DNA of 56,792 nucleotides from Promethearchaeota archaeon (GTDB lineage Archaea; Asgardarchaeota; Lokiarchaeia; Sigyniarchaeales; Sigyniarchaeaceae): NCBI GenBank assembly GCA_016932935.1, contig JAFGBX010000082.1, positions 1 to 56,792 of the forward strand, read 5' to 3'. Shown piece by piece: positions 54,282 to 56,792 of this stretch (position 1 is its first letter; each line of letters starts with the position of its first letter). The notes under the pieces were generated by a model. It saw only the letters and a program-made list of their open reading frames with translations, ran no database searches and was not told where the DNA came from. The position numbers and the translations under genes were made by a program.

Positions 54282-55918
54282 CTGCAAGGGGCTGGTTCTT
54301 GATGGGAGATGACCGCGAGAAGCTGGCCGTCGCCTTGGATGCCATCGTCGACGAGATGCTGGCCTCTGGCGTGGTGTCGAGGGGCATGCTAAGCAAGATC
54401 AAGATCAAGCACGCGAAGCAGTTCGGCCTTAAGGAGATCCCGACGAACGCCGCGATCCTGGCCAGGATGCCAGAGGAACGGCGCGACACGTTCCTGCCCG
54501 TGTTGAAGCGACGTTCGAAGCGCACGATGTCGGGCGTCTCGGTGATCGCGGCGATGACCAAGCCGATGCCTTGCCCCGGGAAGTGCGTGTACTGCCCGGG
54601 CCCGGAATCCCAGCCTGACGAGCCCGTGGCGCAGAGCTATACGGGGCGGGAACCGGCGGCGCTGCGATCGCTGATGTACGGCTACGACCCGTTCAAGCAG
54701 GTCTCCTCCAGGGTGAACGACCTGGAATCGATCGGTCATACTTGCGACAAGATCGAGCTCATCATCATGGGTGGGACGTTTTTATCCACCCCAAAGGAAT
54801 ACCAAGAGTCCTTCGTCAAGGGATGCATAGACGGCGTGCTGGGGCGCGAGACCGCTAACTTGGGCGAAGCAAAGAGGCTCGCAGAAACGAACGAACGCCG
54901 CATCATCGGCATCACGTTTGAAACCCGTCCCGACTTCTGCATGGCCCAACACGTGGACGCGATGCTTGATTACGGGGGGACGCGGGTGGAGATCGGCGTG
55001 CAGACGACCCGAGACGACGTCTACACGATCGTCGACCGCGGCCACGACACCGCGGTCACTAAGCTCGCCAACCAGATGGCCAGGGACGCGGGGCTCAAGG
55101 TCTGCTTCCACATGATGCCCAACATGCCCGGCTCGGATCCGGAGAGGGACGCGGCGATGTTCGACGAGATCTTCTCCAGCGAGGCGTACCGCCCGGATTA
55201 TCTGAAGATCTACCCCTGCCTCGTCGTGAAGGGGGCCGCCCTCGAGAGATGGTGGCGCGAGGGAAGGTACAAGCCTTACTCGACCGCCGAGCTCATCGAG
55301 CTACTCGCCGGCGTGAAGCCGAGGCTGCCCCGATGGACTCGCATCCAGCGGGTGCAGCGCGACATCCCTGCGGACCTCATCGTCGAAGGGGTCAAGAACA
55401 GCAATTTACGCGAGCTGGTCTGGGAGGCGATGGACAAGAAGGGCTTGAGATGCAATTGCATCCGGTGCCGCGAATATGGCTTTTCCCGGGAGCGTGGCGC
55501 GCTCACGCGCATCCCGGACGTCGATGACCTCGTGTTAAAAAAGGAGTTCTATGCGGCAAGCGGGGGCTCCGAGTGCTTCATCTCCGCGCTCCACCCCGAG
55601 ACCGAGGACGTCTTCGGCTATGTCAGGTTACGGAAGCCGTCACCATTCGCCCACCGGCAGGAGATGCAAGGCGTGCCCTCCTCGATCATACGGGAGCTCC
55701 GCGTCGTCGGCGAGGTCGTGGCCGTGAACAAGGCGCCAAACGAACTGCAAGCCCAGCACCACGGGCTGGGCAAGAAGCTCGTGTGCATCGCGGAGGACGT
55801 GGCCCGCACCGACTTCTCCTCCGGCAAGTTGCTCGTCATCGCCGGCATCGGCGCGCGCCCGTACTTCTATGCCCTGGGCTTCGACCCGGACGGGCCGTAC
55901 GTTTCCAAGCGGTTGTGA
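54278..55918 (+). CDS. elp3: Elp3-type radical SAM/acetyltransferase (tRNA U34 modification)
   Basis: The start was set at ATG 54278 because of the ATGA overlap with the pyrK stop. The track ORF from 53573 is a shadow N-terminus. Motifs: SGVSVIAAMTKPMPCPGKCVYCPG, ELIIMGGTF, RIIGITFETRPD, GTRVEIGVQT. The C-terminal GNAT-like region reads IRELRVVGEVV....QHHGLGKKL. Confidence 0.88.
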   Translation: MTARGWFLMGDDREKLAVALDAIVDEMLASGVVSRGMLSKIKIKHAKQFGLKEIPTNAAILARMPEERRDTFLPVLKRRSKRTMSGVSVIAAMTKPMPCPGKCVYCPGPESQPDEPVAQSYTGREPAALRSLMYGYDPFKQVSSRVNDLESIGHTCDKIELIIMGGTFLSTPKEYQESFVKGCIDGVLGRETANLGEAKRLAETNERRIIGITFETRPDFCMAQHVDAMLDYGGTRVEIGVQTTRDDVYTIVDRGHDTAVTKLANQMARDAGLKVCFHMMPNMPGSDPERDAAMFDEIFSSEAYRPDYLKIYPCLVVKGAALERWWREGRYKPYSTAELIELLAGVKPRLPRWTRIQRVQRDIPADLIVEGVKNSNLRELVWEAMDKKGLRCNCIRCREYGFSRERGALTRIPDVDDLVLKKEFYAASGGSECFISALHPETEDVFGYVRLRKPSPFAHRQEMQGVPSSIIRELRVVGEVVAVNKAPNELQAQHHGLGKKLVCIAEDVARTDFSSGKLLVIAGIGARPYFYALGFDPDGPYVSKRL

Positions 55919-55936
55919 TGCGAGCGCTGAGCAACG

Positions 55937-55945
55937 CATTTAACC
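55937..55945 (+). promoter_or_regulatory. TATA-like element for the terminal surface-protein gene
   Basis: CATTTAACC lies about 30 nt upstream of ATG 55972. Confidence 0.4.
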
Positions 55946-55971
55946 TTGGTTTCCAATGGTGTGAATTGACC

Positions 55972-56792
55972 ATGGCAGACCCGCGGCACCGCTCCCCCCG
56001 ACTCGTTGGATCCCTCCTCCTGGCGGCAGCGTTGGCCGGAGCCTTCATTAGCTCACTCGTGCACCCCGCCAGTGATGGCCATGGTGGCGCGTCTTTTTCC
56101 AGGGGAACCAGGCTGGTCGACAGTGCCCCTCCTTCGATAAACCAGCCGCCAGACCGGCGCGTCCTGCTCAACGATGCCGGTGTCGTGATCACGTGGATCA
56201 TCACCGACCCGGAAAACGCGAGCGGTACCTACATCGTTGCACACGATGATTTCGACCCGATGGAGAACATCGCAAGCTTGCCGTCCATGTTGAGGACGTG
56301 GGTCAACGACACGGCCTTCGACGTGCCCGTGGACACGTCGCAAGCCGGTGCCCACAACTACACCATTCTATTCTCCGACATGACGCAATCGGAGCTCATC
56401 GAGGCGGCGATCGCCGGCGATCCGATATCGTGGGGGACGGACACGGTCTGGGTGACCGTGGAGACCCCGCCCGTCATCCAGGCCCCGGCCACGCTCAGGA
56501 TCCACGAGGGGGAGACCGGGCGGGTGCTGGACTTTTCCATCGTCGACCCAGACAGCCCAACGGGCTTCATGAACGTTACGATGAACGGCTCCGCCGTGCT
56601 GCCCGCCAACACGCAGTGGAACGCCAGCCAGGTGGTCTCGCTCCCGCTGAACACGACCTCCTCCGGGTTCCAAAACTACACGCTCGTGGCGACCGACAGG
56701 AACTACACCGTGAACATGTGCACGACCGTGTGGGTGGCGATCGACTTCCCACCCGAGATCCTCGGCCTGGTGAACCGCACGGTGTCGCCCGA
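55972..56792 (+). CDS. Secreted/membrane-anchored protein rich in N-glycosylation sequons; the C-terminus runs off the window
   Basis: Absent from the track because it is open to the window end. My translation reads MADPRHRSPRLVGSLLLAAALAGAFISSLVHPASDG..., a signal/anchor segment. Beta-rich sequence follows with many NxS/T sites (NAS, NDT, NYT, NVT, NGS, NAS, NTT, NYT, NRT). The frame is open to 56792. Confidence 0.7.
   Translation, partial: MADPRHRSPRLVGSLLLAAALAGAFISSLVHPASDGHGGASFSRGTRLVDSAPPSINQPPDRRVLLNDAGVVITWIITDPENASGTYIVAHDDFDPMENIASLPSMLRTWVNDTAFDVPVDTSQAGAHNYTILFSDMTQSELIEAAIAGDPISWGTDTVWVTVETPPVIQAPATLRIHEGETGRVLDFSIVDPDSPTGFMNVTMNGSAVLPANTQWNASQVVSLPLNTTSSGFQNYTLVATDRNYTVNMCTTVWVAIDFPPEILGLVNRTVSP

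Overview
This window is an archaeal chromosome fragment. Supporting genes are an HMf-type histone, a TBP-fold protein, Nop56/58-fibrillarin, Elp3, RNase HII, PyrD/PyrK and intron-containing tRNAs with encoded CCA. The core is GC-rich, so many long R/P/G-rich shadow ORFs appear in wrong frames. The ORF track also takes the longest GTG/TTG start, which inflates several N-termini. I trimmed those using ATGA overlaps and TATA-box spacing.

Layout:
- 1-2254: partial surface protein with tandem repeats.
- 2445-2827: four tightly packed tRNA genes, several of them atypical.
- 3.2-11.1 kb: histone, an SPL-like radical SAM gene, an MBL hydrolase and two tandem TPR paralogs.
- about 11.2-39.8 kb: an accessory block, described below.
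- 40-56.8 kb: housekeeping genes.

The accessory block is dominated by signalling NTPases and orphan genes. By eye its GC is lower between about 11.2 and 33.9 kb. It contains a STAND NTPase fused to a Rab-like GTPase, a TBP paralog, two transglutaminase-like proteins, a tandem array of wHTH paralogs and roadblock-like proteins.

The most interesting feature is a four-gene minus-strand operon at 39020->26446:
- a HerA-like + MoxR-like double ATPase;
- a vWA + transglutaminase protein;
- a NACHT NTPase;
- a 1616-aa LRR protein with two Ras-like domains that lack the P-loop lysine.

The NACHT C-terminus and the LRR protein N-terminus each carry a module that closely resembles the ribosomal P1/L12 stalk N-terminal domain. 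I interpret this operon as a candidate undescribed NTPase-driven conflict or surveillance system, possibly linked to the ribosome.

All homology calls come from reading motifs by eye. No searches were run.
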